From assembly GCA_964645605.1 (NCBI GenBank), contig CAZYCE010000003.1, forward strand, positions 57,135 to 121,134: DNA of 64,000 nucleotides. The letters run 5' to 3'. This DNA comes from an uncultured Gammaproteobacteria bacterium (GTDB taxonomy: Bacteria; Patescibacteriota; Microgenomatia; UBA8517). Both the position numbers and the translations under genes were made by a program. This document shows, one piece after another, positions 19,530 through 29,076 of the stretch. The stretch's first letter is position 1. Every line of letters begins with the position of its first letter. The notes under the pieces are model-generated. The model saw nothing but the letters and a program-made list of their open reading frames with translations. It was not told where the DNA came from and did not search any database.

Positions 19530-20579
19530 ATGGACCGAAAAGAAGCAATTGATACAATTTTCCAAAATCTAGACAAAAATGACGCAGTTATTTCTTCTAC
19601 GGGACTTATAAGTCGGGAGATATTTAAAAGTTATGATAGCGAGAGAAATTTTTACATGGTCGGTTCGATGGGATTGGCTTCTTCAATAGCGCTGGGCGTC
19701 GCATTAAATAGACAAGATAGAGAGGTTTTTGTTATCGAAGGAGATGCGTCGGTATTAATGAACCTTGGTAGTTTAGCTACAATCGGGCATTTTCAGCCAA
19801 AAAATTTAGCACACATTGTTCTGGATAATAAAGCCTATGCATCCTGCAGCGAAGAGCCGTCAGTTTCAACAACGACTGATTTAAGTGAAATCGCTAAAGT
19901 TACAGGCTACAAGAGGATTGCAAGAGTAGATAACTCTACAGATTTGGTTAAAATGTTGTCTGGTGCCGATAAAAGTACTGGGCCTACATTCATATTGGTT
20001 GAGATTGAATTGGGGGGTGAAAGGAATTTACCTAGACCGATGGATTTACCAAAAAATGCAGACAATTTTCGAACATTTTTGTCACAAGTGCCGGAAAGTA
20101 ATTTTGGACACTCAAATATTGAGGTAGAGGGGACTGAACTCATTGAAAAATTTAAAAATACCTTAAAAGACATTTCGGTTTCAAATATAGAAGATTTTTC
20201 CGGTATTGGTATCATTTTATACAATTCGAACGTTCTGCTGGAAAATACTCACACAGACACTCGTTTAAGCACACCTCCACTGAACCATTTCAGGTTAGGA
20301 GAACAAGATTGCTTAAACTTTCTCGCGGATATCTCGCAGCATCGTAATCCATTTCATGACGGTTTCGTTTTCTTTAATGAAAAAGGGGTGTTAACGCATA
20401 TAGCTCAATACTTTGTCCCGTCAGTTGTTCCGGGAATTATCCCCAATGAAAGTGCGGGAATCAGGTTTCATTCGGCAAAATACGGTTCGTTTGTTAACGG
20501 AGTGATAGCAACAGGTGTCGTCAGTCGCAAACAGTCAGCCTATTTTTTCATAAAAGGTGAACAAAATCTTATTAAGTAG
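19530..20579 (+). CDS. Decarboxylase beta subunit (ComE-like, TPP-binding) fused to a C-terminal DisA_N/DAC-like domain
   Basis: NFYMVGSMGLASS and GDASVLMNLG...LDN (TPP motif); C-terminal HDGF and GIRFHSA resemble the DAC DGA and RHR motifs. Confidence 0.75.
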   Translation: MDRKEAIDTIFQNLDKNDAVISSTGLISREIFKSYDSERNFYMVGSMGLASSIALGVALNRQDREVFVIEGDASVLMNLGSLATIGHFQPKNLAHIVLDNKAYASCSEEPSVSTTTDLSEIAKVTGYKRIARVDNSTDLVKMLSGADKSTGPTFILVEIELGGERNLPRPMDLPKNADNFRTFLSQVPESNFGHSNIEVEGTELIEKFKNTLKDISVSNIEDFSGIGIILYNSNVLLENTHTDTRLSTPPLNHFRLGEQDCLNFLADISQHRNPFHDGFVFFNEKGVLTHIAQYFVPSVVPGIIPNESAGIRFHSAKYGSFVNGVIATGVVSRKQSAYFFIKGEQNLIK

Positions 20580-20581
20580 AC

Positions 20582-21235
20582 ATGGCTAATATTGAACGGG
20601 AGATGCAAAGGGAATGGGATAATATATATACAGGGCGGGATCCCGCCGTTTATAAAAACCATAAAACATATCAAGACGGCCTGGTGGAAGTTATAAAATT
20701 GTGGAAGACTCGGGGTGTGGAAACGGTTCTGGATTTGGGTTGTGGAATCGGTAGAAATTCATTACAGATAAAGAAAAACGGCCTTAACGTTTTTGGCATT
20801 GATATTTCACTGTATGCCCTCACCTTACTTAACTCAGATCTTCACACGCAGAACTCAGTTGAAGGAAGTTTTAGCAATCTCCCATTTGCCAATGGATCTT
20901 TTGATGCAGTTTTGGCCACGAGGGTACTTCAACACGGTTCCTTAGAAAATGTTCAAACAGGCATTAAGGAAATAGCACGGGTATTAAAACCAAATGGAAC
21001 TGCTTTTGTCACCGTTTGCGGCAGATTCTCGCATGGAGAAGTGCGACCTAATTTAATTAAAACTGCTACAAAAATTAAAGACCATCTTTATGTCCCAAAT
21101 TATGGACAAGAAAAAGGTGTCACTCACTATATTTTCAATAAAAAAAATATTAAAGAAACGTTCCGTAATTTCTCAATACCAAAAATCTGGAAAGATAGTG
21201 ACGATTATTATTGTTTTTTAGCTTATAAAAAATGA
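20582..21235 (+). CDS. Class I SAM-dependent methyltransferase
   Basis: VLDLGCGIGRN; LPFANGSFD; RVLKPNG. Confidence 0.9.
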   Translation: MANIEREMQREWDNIYTGRDPAVYKNHKTYQDGLVEVIKLWKTRGVETVLDLGCGIGRNSLQIKKNGLNVFGIDISLYALTLLNSDLHTQNSVEGSFSNLPFANGSFDAVLATRVLQHGSLENVQTGIKEIARVLKPNGTAFVTVCGRFSHGEVRPNLIKTATKIKDHLYVPNYGQEKGVTHYIFNKKNIKETFRNFSIPKIWKDSDDYYCFLAYKK

Positions 21236-21981
21236 CTATTAATATCGAAGGAGAAACAAGCGAGCGTTACACGGAAATAGCCGGTAGCTACGCTTCTGAT
21301 TCGAGGAGTGTGTTAAATCAAGATCAAAGAAAAGAGCTGGACATATTCGGATCGCTGCTTCCCCGTCATCCGTCAAAAATAATAGATATCGGTTGTGGAA
21401 CGGGTAAGGCCGGAAAGTATTTGGCTTCGCTTGGAAACGAACTTTACGGATTAGATTTGTCAAGTGGAATGCTCAACGAAGCAAAAAGTGCCTTTAATCT
21501 TGGCGGTTTGGAGTTCAAACCAATCCGAGCAAATATGAGAAGTTTACCCTTCCGGGATGATTCCTTCGACGGTATTAGTTCCGTTGCTTCTTTAATTCAT
21601 GTATCACCGGAAAATCGGGATTTTGTATTTCAGGAGTTTTCAAGAATATTAAAGCCGGAAGGTGTAATTTATTTGTCTGTTCAAAATATGCTCTCGCCCA
21701 AGCATGTTAAACGGGTAATACAATCTTCCTTTTGCAATCTCGGTTTTGATGAAAAAGGACAATATTATTTAAAGCCAAAAAAGATAGACGAGTTACTGCT
21801 CACCAATATTTTCACAAGGCTCAGGCAGGGATATGCTTATCTTGATCAAAGGCATTGGTATTATCCGACAAAAAAAGAACTTTATCAAAAACTCAAAATT
21901 AATAATCTGGCACCTGTCTGGAGTTGTGGCTCTTTATCTGATAGATTAAGTATTATTGCTATAAAAGAAAAAGATAAATAG
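21232..21981 (+). CDS. Class I SAM-dependent methyltransferase
   Basis: IIDIGCGTG; LPFRDDSFD; RILKPEG. Confidence 0.9.
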   Translation: MTINIEGETSERYTEIAGSYASDSRSVLNQDQRKELDIFGSLLPRHPSKIIDIGCGTGKAGKYLASLGNELYGLDLSSGMLNEAKSAFNLGGLEFKPIRANMRSLPFRDDSFDGISSVASLIHVSPENRDFVFQEFSRILKPEGVIYLSVQNMLSPKHVKRVIQSSFCNLGFDEKGQYYLKPKKIDELLLTNIFTRLRQGYAYLDQRHWYYPTKKELYQKLKINNLAPVWSCGSLSDRLSIIAIKEKDK

Positions 21982-21985
21982 AGTT

Positions 21986-22648
21986 ATGGATACCCAGTGG
22001 AATAAAATCTACAAACAGAAAAAATTATCTTATGTAAGCAGCCTCTCAACATGGAGTGATATGGTATTTTTTTTACAAAAAAGATCCGCTCGTACCGTTT
22101 TAGATGTGGGTTGCGGCAGCGGCCAACATCTGCTGGATCTGGCAAAAAAAGGCTTTAATGTTTCGGGAATTGATAATTCAGGTGAAGCAATAGCTCTTGC
22201 ACAAAACCTTTTCAAAAAAAATAAACTAAAAGCAAATTTGCTGGTCGCAGACATGCACAAGAAGATTCCGTTTAAAGATAATAGTTTTGATGCGGTCTAC
22301 AGTTTACGGACACTCAACCATGGGGATAGTAAGGATATCGAAAATACTTTTTCTGAGATAAAAAGAGTTTTAAAAAAGAATGGCATATTCTTTTTTACCG
22401 TTCAGAAAATTTTAGGCTTCAGAGACAATCTTGGAAAACATAGGCTGAACAATTTAATCATCAATTTTGTAAAACCACGTACATATATCAAACTCGAAAG
22501 TGACGAAAAAGGCGTCAAACACTTTTTGTTTAATAAAAATATTTTAATAAGACTTTTAAAGGGATACAAAATATTGAAATTTTGGGTTGATTACGGAAAA
22601 CAAGATTGGGAAAAGTATTATTGCGTTCTTGCGGAAAAGATCAATTAA
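21986..22648 (+). CDS. Class I SAM-dependent methyltransferase, paralog of 20582-21235
   Basis: VLDVGCGSG; IPFKDNSFD; shares the EKGVxHxxFNK motif with 20582-21235. Confidence 0.9.
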   Translation: MDTQWNKIYKQKKLSYVSSLSTWSDMVFFLQKRSARTVLDVGCGSGQHLLDLAKKGFNVSGIDNSGEAIALAQNLFKKNKLKANLLVADMHKKIPFKDNSFDAVYSLRTLNHGDSKDIENTFSEIKRVLKKNGIFFFTVQKILGFRDNLGKHRLNNLIINFVKPRTYIKLESDEKGVKHFLFNKNILIRLLKGYKILKFWVDYGKQDWEKYYCVLAEKIN

Positions 22649-23271
22649 CTTTGCCTTATACCGTCAAGCCACAGATTAAGCTTTTTGTAAAAAACAGGTT
22701 CCATACCGGTTGAATCCATTTTGCTTTTGACGGACTCAACGAACAAAAATCTTTCAAGTCCGGAGTTGTGGACAATTTCCTTATCTATGGGTCTAACGGC
22801 CGGAATGTTTCCGTCTATACCGTTTTCAAAATGACTTATTGGGAAACTTGCTTTTTCAAGTCCCCTATCCCACGTAGCATCAATTGGAATTTCTATACCG
22901 TTTGACTCGACTTCTAAGGAAAGGTGTAATTGCACGGGCATTAAATCTGCTAATTTTTTTAGATGTATAGGATAATCAACGGCCAAATCCTGCCAGAGAA
23001 ACGGTGTAGTAACATACTTTACCTTAAATTGTTTCTTGGAAAGAACTTCTCCCAGAAAATAATGTTTTGCCGAACAGGCACCCCTTCTGCGCCTGGCAAA
23101 GTCGTCTATGAGTTCATCGTAGGAAAAATGGCGTTCATACTTAATGTGTTCAAATGGGTAGTCCCGTATAAGGACGCACAATCTTGTTAGAGATTCGTCA
23201 TTTTCACCCGTCTCTCTGGACTGCAAATGTCCGGCTGGCTCATTTTCTTTTGGCATATTCGTGAACGGCAT
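22645..23271 (-). CDS. Transglutaminase-like (papain-fold) protein
   Basis: GACSAKH (Cys), HLSL (His), DATWD (Asp) triad pattern. Confidence 0.65.
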   Translation of the reverse strand: MPFTNMPKENEPAGHLQSRETGENDESLTRLCVLIRDYPFEHIKYERHFSYDELIDDFARRRRGACSAKHYFLGEVLSKKQFKVKYVTTPFLWQDLAVDYPIHLKKLADLMPVQLHLSLEVESNGIEIPIDATWDRGLEKASFPISHFENGIDGNIPAVRPIDKEIVHNSGLERFLFVESVKSKMDSTGMEPVFYKKLNLWLDGIRQS

Positions 23272-23351
23272 CCAAATATATACTATAAGTCTAAAAAGGT
23301 CAACTTTTGGTTACCCTCACCGGTAAAATCTTTATATGCTAAAATCGGTCT

Positions 23352-23975
23352 ATGGTTATCTATTTCGTGCGGCATGGAGAATCGGAAGGAAATAAAAATG
23401 GTCTTCACCAAGGGCCTGATGTACCGCTTTCTCAAGAGGGGATTCGACAAGCTCAGGTTCTTGCCGAAAGGCTCACAAAACACTCGATTGACATAATCTA
23501 CGCGAGCCCAATGGTTAGGACGAAACAAACTTCTGAAATAATTTCCGATAGACTGAAGATCCCTGTTGAACTTTGGGAGAATCTTAGAGAAATAAGGAAC
23601 CCGAGTGAGATCTGGGGTAAATCTGCCGAAGATAAAAAGATTTTAGAAATCAAGGAATCAGCAAAAAAGGAATTCCTCAAGGGGAATAGCCGTTATTCTG
23701 ATGAGGAGACATTTGAAGAATTAGATAAAAGGGCTAAAGGAATTCTTGAACATTTGCTTTTACGTCATAAGGACCAAAATGTCTTGTGCGTGTCTCATGC
23801 GACTATGATAAAAATGGTTGTCCTTAAAGCTTTACTTGAAGAGGGGCTGACTCCCGAAATCTTTCTGCAATTAAGAGAACACATGTGGATCAAGAATACC
23901 GGAATTACAGTTCTGGAAAATACAGATAAGTGGGGTTGGACTCTTGTAAACTGGAATGACACAGCACACCTATAA
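23352..23975 (+). CDS. Histidine phosphatase family protein
   Basis: RHGES; SPMVRTKQT; VSH. Confidence 0.9.
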   Translation: MVIYFVRHGESEGNKNGLHQGPDVPLSQEGIRQAQVLAERLTKHSIDIIYASPMVRTKQTSEIISDRLKIPVELWENLREIRNPSEIWGKSAEDKKILEIKESAKKEFLKGNSRYSDEETFEELDKRAKGILEHLLLRHKDQNVLCVSHATMIKMVVLKALLEEGLTPEIFLQLREHMWIKNTGITVLENTDKWGWTLVNWNDTAHL

Positions 23976-24069
23976 CCACAGAGATTTTAATGTCAAAAGC
24001 TGTTTTAGGTAAGGATGACACTACCCCTTTTGCGACAAATGCTTGAAGCTTAACTGTTTTTAACAGATG

Positions 24070-24612
24070 TCAATTACCTGGTTTTAGTACAAGGTGATGG
24101 GTTTCATATTCAAATAACACAGGGTCTTGCAGATTAAATAACTCTTTGATAATGAGTATCGCAAAATTCGCAGCTTTGGTATAATTCTCGTGGAAATTTA
24201 TACTTACATCTATTTTGCCTTTCCCAAAGTTTCTTCTTCCTATTGCCGACTCTTCAATATTTGATTTTTTTATTAATTTAGAAAGTTCCTTACTTTTTCT
24301 TTCATATTCGTTCTCCTTCCAAGCCGGAACGATAAGATAAATATCCACTCCGCTTCTCATGAACTGAACCCCAACGTTTCTGTAGTCATCAAAAATGAAA
24401 ATAACAAATGAGCGGTTTGGCAAATGTTTTAGGGCAAATTTGATAAAAGGGAAAGTCGAATCGCTTTTAAACGACATTTTATGGCTCCAGTAGTAAAAAA
24501 GTCTCCATGAATAAATCTTCTGCCAAGTTCTAAATACTGAACCCCAGAAATCAAATTCAATAACAACTTCTACTCCTAAAATTTTCTTCTTAAAAATAAA
24601 GGGTGAAAACAT
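24070..24612 (-). CDS. Hypothetical protein
   Basis: 180-aa ORF co-oriented and tightly spaced with upstream genes. Confidence 0.55.
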   Translation of the reverse strand: MFSPFIFKKKILGVEVVIEFDFWGSVFRTWQKIYSWRLFYYWSHKMSFKSDSTFPFIKFALKHLPNRSFVIFIFDDYRNVGVQFMRSGVDIYLIVPAWKENEYERKSKELSKLIKKSNIEESAIGRRNFGKGKIDVSINFHENYTKAANFAILIIKELFNLQDPVLFEYETHHLVLKPGN

Positions 24613-24624
24613 TGAAAAATTATA

Positions 24625-25908
24625 TTATTCATAGAACCAATCCCATCCGGGGTTGTCTACTTCAACAATTTTACTTTTTAACATTTTATAAACCCCGTCT
24701 TCCAAAACAGTTTTCCATGTTCCTTCGTAATAATGATCCTCAACCTCACCGTCTACCCAGTTTTTGGTGGAGAATTTTACAAATGCGGTATCTTTTGTAT
24801 TTTCGAACCTCTCCGATTTAATAATATCGACGTCAAGAATATCGGTAAACCTGCCGGTCCACTCTTCAAAATTGGTTTTCTGTAAGTATTCCGTACTAAG
24901 AAGATTGAATCCGTCTTCCATTCTTCTTGCCTTAAGATATGTATAGAAAGCATAAACAGCATCCTCGGGGGATTTTGAAGGATCAACCTGAATTTTTGCT
25001 ATATCGTTATCGGTGAAGTTGGGAATCAAAGTTGAAATATTCTGAGCCCCTATAAATAGGGACAGACCTGCAACTCCCATTGTGTTTACCCCGACAAGGC
25101 TTCCGCATTGGTCAACAAGGGGTCCGCCGCTCATTCCGGGAACAAGACTCATATTTGTTTGGACATACCCGATCGGGTCTTTCCTGGAGGTTCTGTAATC
25201 TATGAAGTTTCCTTTAACTACGGTAGCGTTGCCTACCATATCGGTACCCAGCGCATACCCTGCAGAGATAAGCGGCTCATTGTCGTAAAATCCAAGCTCC
25301 TCGGGTAGGGAATATACGAAATCGGGATATTTGCCGTCGATAAATAGCAGTGCAAGGTCCGTATTTTTATCCCCGATAATTTTCGTAGGAGTCACAATCG
25401 TTCCTTCAGCCAAAATAATTTTTGGACTTGGTTCACCGGCAATCACATGGAAATTTGTTAATACCTGATTTTCACTTATAAAGAATCCCGACCCTTCCAT
25501 ATAACTTCCTTCAATTCTGACAACGGATTTTTTAAGTTTATCCGTTGTCGCGGGACCGCAGAAAATTTTTGCGAATGATCCGTATTGTTTTCTTAAATAA
25601 TCGGCAATTACCACTAGCGAAAAGAAGAGATAGATGATGATAACTACGTACACAATAGATTTCAAAAAGTTTTTGAGGCTTTTGAAAGGATATTTAATGC
25701 AGTCGATGATAAGCCCGATAATGGCAAGGATTAGTTTTATCAAAAACTTGATTAGGTAGTAAAGGGTATAGGTTATAAACTTGATGGGGAAGAGGTAAAT
25801 GGGAAAAAGAAGTTTTTTAAAATAAGCCTTAAGCCTTGAAGTAATATTTTTAAATTTAGACTTAATTTTCCCGGCCAGTCTTTCAAAAATGTCCATGTTA
25901 TTTTTCAA
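24625..25908 (-). CDS. Membrane-anchored trypsin-like serine protease
   Basis: GSGFF, TNFHVI, DLALL and PGMSGGPL catalytic motifs; N-terminal TM helices. Confidence 0.88.
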   Translation of the reverse strand: MKNNMDIFERLAGKIKSKFKNITSRLKAYFKKLLFPIYLFPIKFITYTLYYLIKFLIKLILAIIGLIIDCIKYPFKSLKNFLKSIVYVVIIIYLFFSLVVIADYLRKQYGSFAKIFCGPATTDKLKKSVVRIEGSYMEGSGFFISENQVLTNFHVIAGEPSPKIILAEGTIVTPTKIIGDKNTDLALLFIDGKYPDFVYSLPEELGFYDNEPLISAGYALGTDMVGNATVVKGNFIDYRTSRKDPIGYVQTNMSLVPGMSGGPLVDQCGSLVGVNTMGVAGLSLFIGAQNISTLIPNFTDNDIAKIQVDPSKSPEDAVYAFYTYLKARRMEDGFNLLSTEYLQKTNFEEWTGRFTDILDVDIIKSERFENTKDTAFVKFSTKNWVDGEVEDHYYEGTWKTVLEDGVYKMLKSKIVEVDNPGWDWFYE

Positions 25909-26653
25909 ATTTTCTTATCGCTTTTCTGTAATTGCAAAAATCGCAATCTTCCCCGGACTCCGGTAGTTTATCCGACTTAAGGCACTCAATAGCTTCTTGA
26001 ACTGTTCCATCCACCCAAGAATCATCCCCTTTATAGGGAATAATTTTAATATCAAACTCAAGTTTTCCGTCAAAAGCCTTTTTGTCTGTTTTTCCGTTGC
26101 AGTAAACAAAGTAGCCTGTTTTTGAAACATCATAACCGTTTTTTCTAAACAGCCATTGGTATATCTCCATTTGCCTTTTATATCCTTTCTGCCAATCGGC
26201 ATCCAAGTTTACTTCATCCTCTTTGGAAGTGGCTTTGTAGTCCACGATAATAAACTCACCCTTGGGATTAACCCAAACATCATCAACCCCTCCGGCTATT
26301 ACGACATTTGTTCCCGGAACATTATATGTAACCCCTCTCTTCATGGAATCCCTCCATTCGTCAATTTTTTCATGAGCGAGGGGAATTGCATCAATTCCGT
26401 ATGTTTCCATTAATGGGTGTTTTGTCCCGTTGGCTCTATGAATGTCAAATTCCTTCTTGAGAAGCTTATCTACGGCGGAGTTAAGCGAAAAAGGATATCC
26501 GGGCGGTTGGGCAACACCAAGTTTCCTATCGAGGTAAAAACAGCGGGGACATTTGATAAAATCATCAACCTTCCCTCGGCTCAATCTAAATGGTGCTTTT
26601 GAATCAGAATCATAAAGCCTCGTTAAACGGTTTGGGTTGTAATATTCACTCAT
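25898..26653 (-). CDS. PD-(D/E)XK nuclease with Cys cluster (Cas4/AddB-like, stand-alone)
   Basis: CPRCFY, GGVDD, IVDYK, QMEIY, CDFC. Confidence 0.85.
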   Translation of the reverse strand: MSEYYNPNRLTRLYDSDSKAPFRLSRGKVDDFIKCPRCFYLDRKLGVAQPPGYPFSLNSAVDKLLKKEFDIHRANGTKHPLMETYGIDAIPLAHEKIDEWRDSMKRGVTYNVPGTNVVIAGGVDDVWVNPKGEFIIVDYKATSKEDEVNLDADWQKGYKRQMEIYQWLFRKNGYDVSKTGYFVYCNGKTDKKAFDGKLEFDIKIIPYKGDDSWVDGTVQEAIECLKSDKLPESGEDCDFCNYRKAIRKFEK

Positions 26654-26680
26654 ATTTATCTTCGGTTACAGTAAGAAGTG

Positions 26681-26872
26681 TCATTTAATTCTTCCTGGAT
26701 CTCCTTTATTTATGTCATGAACAACCCTCTTAACGTAATCATTAATCCATACGTCAATATAGCTTATTGAACTCCCCTTTTTACTTTTGGGTTTGTTCTG
26801 AATATTCTTTATTTTATTTTCAATATTTTTCATCATATTTGTTTTTTTGTTGGGATTATAATACTGTGACAT
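26681..26872 (-). CDS. Small ORF whose N-terminus duplicates that of the adjacent nuclease (possible remnant)
   Basis: MSQYYNPN versus MSEYYNPN. Confidence 0.4.
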   Translation of the reverse strand: MSQYYNPNKKTNMMKNIENKIKNIQNKPKSKKGSSISYIDVWINDYVKRVVHDINKGDPGRIK

Positions 26873-27624
26873 CAGGATTCGGTAAACTTGTCTATGACAA
26901 TCTCGGATAAAATATTAAAATATAATAATTCTTTCTGGGTTAATTCATCATTGTGTTGAATTTTATTTCTGTACAAGGCAAGTTCCCGAAGGTGATACTT
27001 ATATTGCAGCGCTTCATCACGGTCTATAAATAGATCGGAAAACATTTCCATGTTTTCCCTGAATATTTTGAAAAAATCCATAATTCCTGCAGCGGATAGC
27101 ACGTCGGATGGATTAGAATAATCAGGCCTCATATGAATATTTCTTTCGTAAATACCAACCAAATCCAAACGGATAGGTTCTGGTATGTGAAGTAACCAAT
27201 GTGTTGAATATCTAACCATGAAATGACTACAAAATGAATTTCTTAATACAGTTTCGAGTGTTGCAATATTCTTTCTGGCAGTTTCGAGAAGAATCAGGTC
27301 TTTTAAATTTAAATTTTTGGGTTTTGTTTTGGAGACGATTATGGCATCCTCACCAGGGTTTCTTATAGACCACCTTATTCCCCCAGACATGAGGACTCTC
27401 TTTTTAAGTAATCCCTTATTTCCCATCTGAATAATAGAGCTTTTTACCCTTCTCTTCATGTTTCCGTACGTTCTTTCTACTCCAAAAACCTTTTTCGCAA
27501 CCGCCGTCACAAGACTTGATTCGTCTCTTTCCCGACCTTCGGAAATTTCCAATAAAATTGCATCCTTAAACGACATCTTCATTCTTTTCATTCTTCTTTT
27601 CCGTGCTTTTCTTTTTTTAATCAT
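26872..27624 (-). CDS. Putative HTH plus Swt1-like HEPN domain protein
   Basis: Basic wHTH-like N-terminus; ETVLR helix and RNKIQH (Rx4H) HEPN-like motif. Confidence 0.6.
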   Translation of the reverse strand: MIKKRKARKRRMKRMKMSFKDAILLEISEGRERDESSLVTAVAKKVFGVERTYGNMKRRVKSSIIQMGNKGLLKKRVLMSGGIRWSIRNPGEDAIIVSKTKPKNLNLKDLILLETARKNIATLETVLRNSFCSHFMVRYSTHWLLHIPEPIRLDLVGIYERNIHMRPDYSNPSDVLSAAGIMDFFKIFRENMEMFSDLFIDRDEALQYKYHLRELALYRNKIQHNDELTQKELLYFNILSEIVIDKFTES

Positions 27625-27632
27625 CTATTATT

Positions 27633-28028
27633 TTAGCCAATTTCCTCTTTAATTTTGTTTATACAAAATTGTAAGTTGTCATATATATCGGTTTCCCAAA
27701 AACGAAAGACTTTCCACCCATCTTTTTTTAATTCGTTATTCACTTTTTTATCCCTTTCCATGTTAATTCTGATTTTTTCTTTCCAGAATTTATTGTAATT
27801 GGGTGCTTCCTTGCTATAGTTTCTTCCATGCCAAAAATCACCGTCGCAGAAAATAACAATTTTACTGTCTATTATGACCATATCCGGTTTTCCCGGAAGC
27901 GGAAAATTTTTTTCAAATCCAATTCCCGAAGTATTCAAAGCGGCACCCAGCATTAATTCAATATCCGTATCCTTATTTCTCACCTTTGCCATTAACTCCT
28001 TTCTTTTTTTAATGGAAATTCTATCCAT
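27633..28028 (-). CDS. vsr: Very-short-patch repair endonuclease
   Basis: LPGKPD, FCDGDFWHG, GWKVFRFWE. Confidence 0.92.
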   Translation of the reverse strand: MDRISIKKRKELMAKVRNKDTDIELMLGAALNTSGIGFEKNFPLPGKPDMVIIDSKIVIFCDGDFWHGRNYSKEAPNYNKFWKEKIRINMERDKKVNNELKKDGWKVFRFWETDIYDNLQFCINKIKEEIG

Positions 28029-28029
28029 A

Positions 28030-29064
28030 TTACTGATTATTATTTATGGTCTTAATTATATTGGCCGCAATTGCTTCAATAACGGGAATTGCCACACTAT
28101 TACCGATCTGTTTCATCCTTTGGTTGGGCGACAGCTGATCAGGAAATTTGAAGTTACTCGGAAAGCCCATCATTGATTTTGCCTCGTCAACGGTGAGTTG
28201 ATGAGGTTTTCTTTTTTTGGAATTCTTTTCGAAGAATAAATAAGAATCCCATGTTCTTTTATCGTTTACCCAAATTTTATTGTCATCGACTCTGATATAA
28301 GAATCGTCTGGCGTTTTGTGTTTATCTAGCCAATTGTTACTTTTATATGCCGAGCCTACACCACCCAACCTAATTGTTCTTCCGACACGATTGGGCCAAC
28401 CCAATCGTGTTATGTCTGACGAGTCCCACTCTTCGTTCAAGTTTTTAAAGAATTCTGATAAGGTAACAGGTTCTTCATGCGTCGGCTTCGGCCACCACGA
28501 ATCATCAGGAGCCGCGCGTAAAACATCTTCCCTAAAACCGACCATGTACACTCTATCTCTTTTTGTGGGGAGTCCAAATTGTGAAGCCTTATAGGTGTGG
28601 ATAGAAATTGGATAACCCGCACTTTTCATTTCGCTTTTAATAAAATCGATTAGTTTGCCGTTGTTTCCATTGGGAATATTAAGTAAGTTTCTGACATTTT
28701 CCAAAAATACGGCTTTTGGTTTTTTTTCGCGAACAATCTGAACAATATATTGGAAAAGTGTTCCTCTGTGATCATCAACTCCTCTTTTTTTACCGACAAC
28801 ACTAAAAGGTTGGCATGGAAATCCCGCACAAACAATATCTATACCTGTGGGGATGCCTCTTCTTACAACGGGATCTTTTATATCACCAAGGAGCTTCGTT
28901 CCTTTAAAGTTTTTTGAATATGTCAAACTCGCTTTATCGTCGATATCTACTGCAAGTACGCATTCTGAGGGTATTCTAAGTTTTTCTGAGGACTGTTTTA
29001 TTCCCAAATGAAATCCACCAATTCCGGAAAAAAGATCAACGAATTGTAATTTGTTCTTTCTCAT
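28030..29064 (-). CDS. dcm: DNA (cytosine-5) methyltransferase
   Basis: FSGIGG, GFPCQPFS, ENV, RxR and QIGNSV motifs. Confidence 0.95.
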   Translation of the reverse strand: MRKNKLQFVDLFSGIGGFHLGIKQSSEKLRIPSECVLAVDIDDKASLTYSKNFKGTKLLGDIKDPVVRRGIPTGIDIVCAGFPCQPFSVVGKKRGVDDHRGTLFQYIVQIVREKKPKAVFLENVRNLLNIPNGNNGKLIDFIKSEMKSAGYPISIHTYKASQFGLPTKRDRVYMVGFREDVLRAAPDDSWWPKPTHEEPVTLSEFFKNLNEEWDSSDITRLGWPNRVGRTIRLGGVGSAYKSNNWLDKHKTPDDSYIRVDDNKIWVNDKRTWDSYLFFEKNSKKRKPHQLTVDEAKSMMGFPSNFKFPDQLSPNQRMKQIGNSVAIPVIEAIAANIIKTINNNQ

Positions 29065-29076
29065 GCAAACACCGTT

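Noticed and set aside
25898-26653. Cas4-like nuclease as evidence of a CRISPR-Cas locus
   Set aside because: No cas1/cas2 or other cas genes and no regularly spaced repeat-spacer array in the window; stand-alone PD-(D/E)XK proteins are common.
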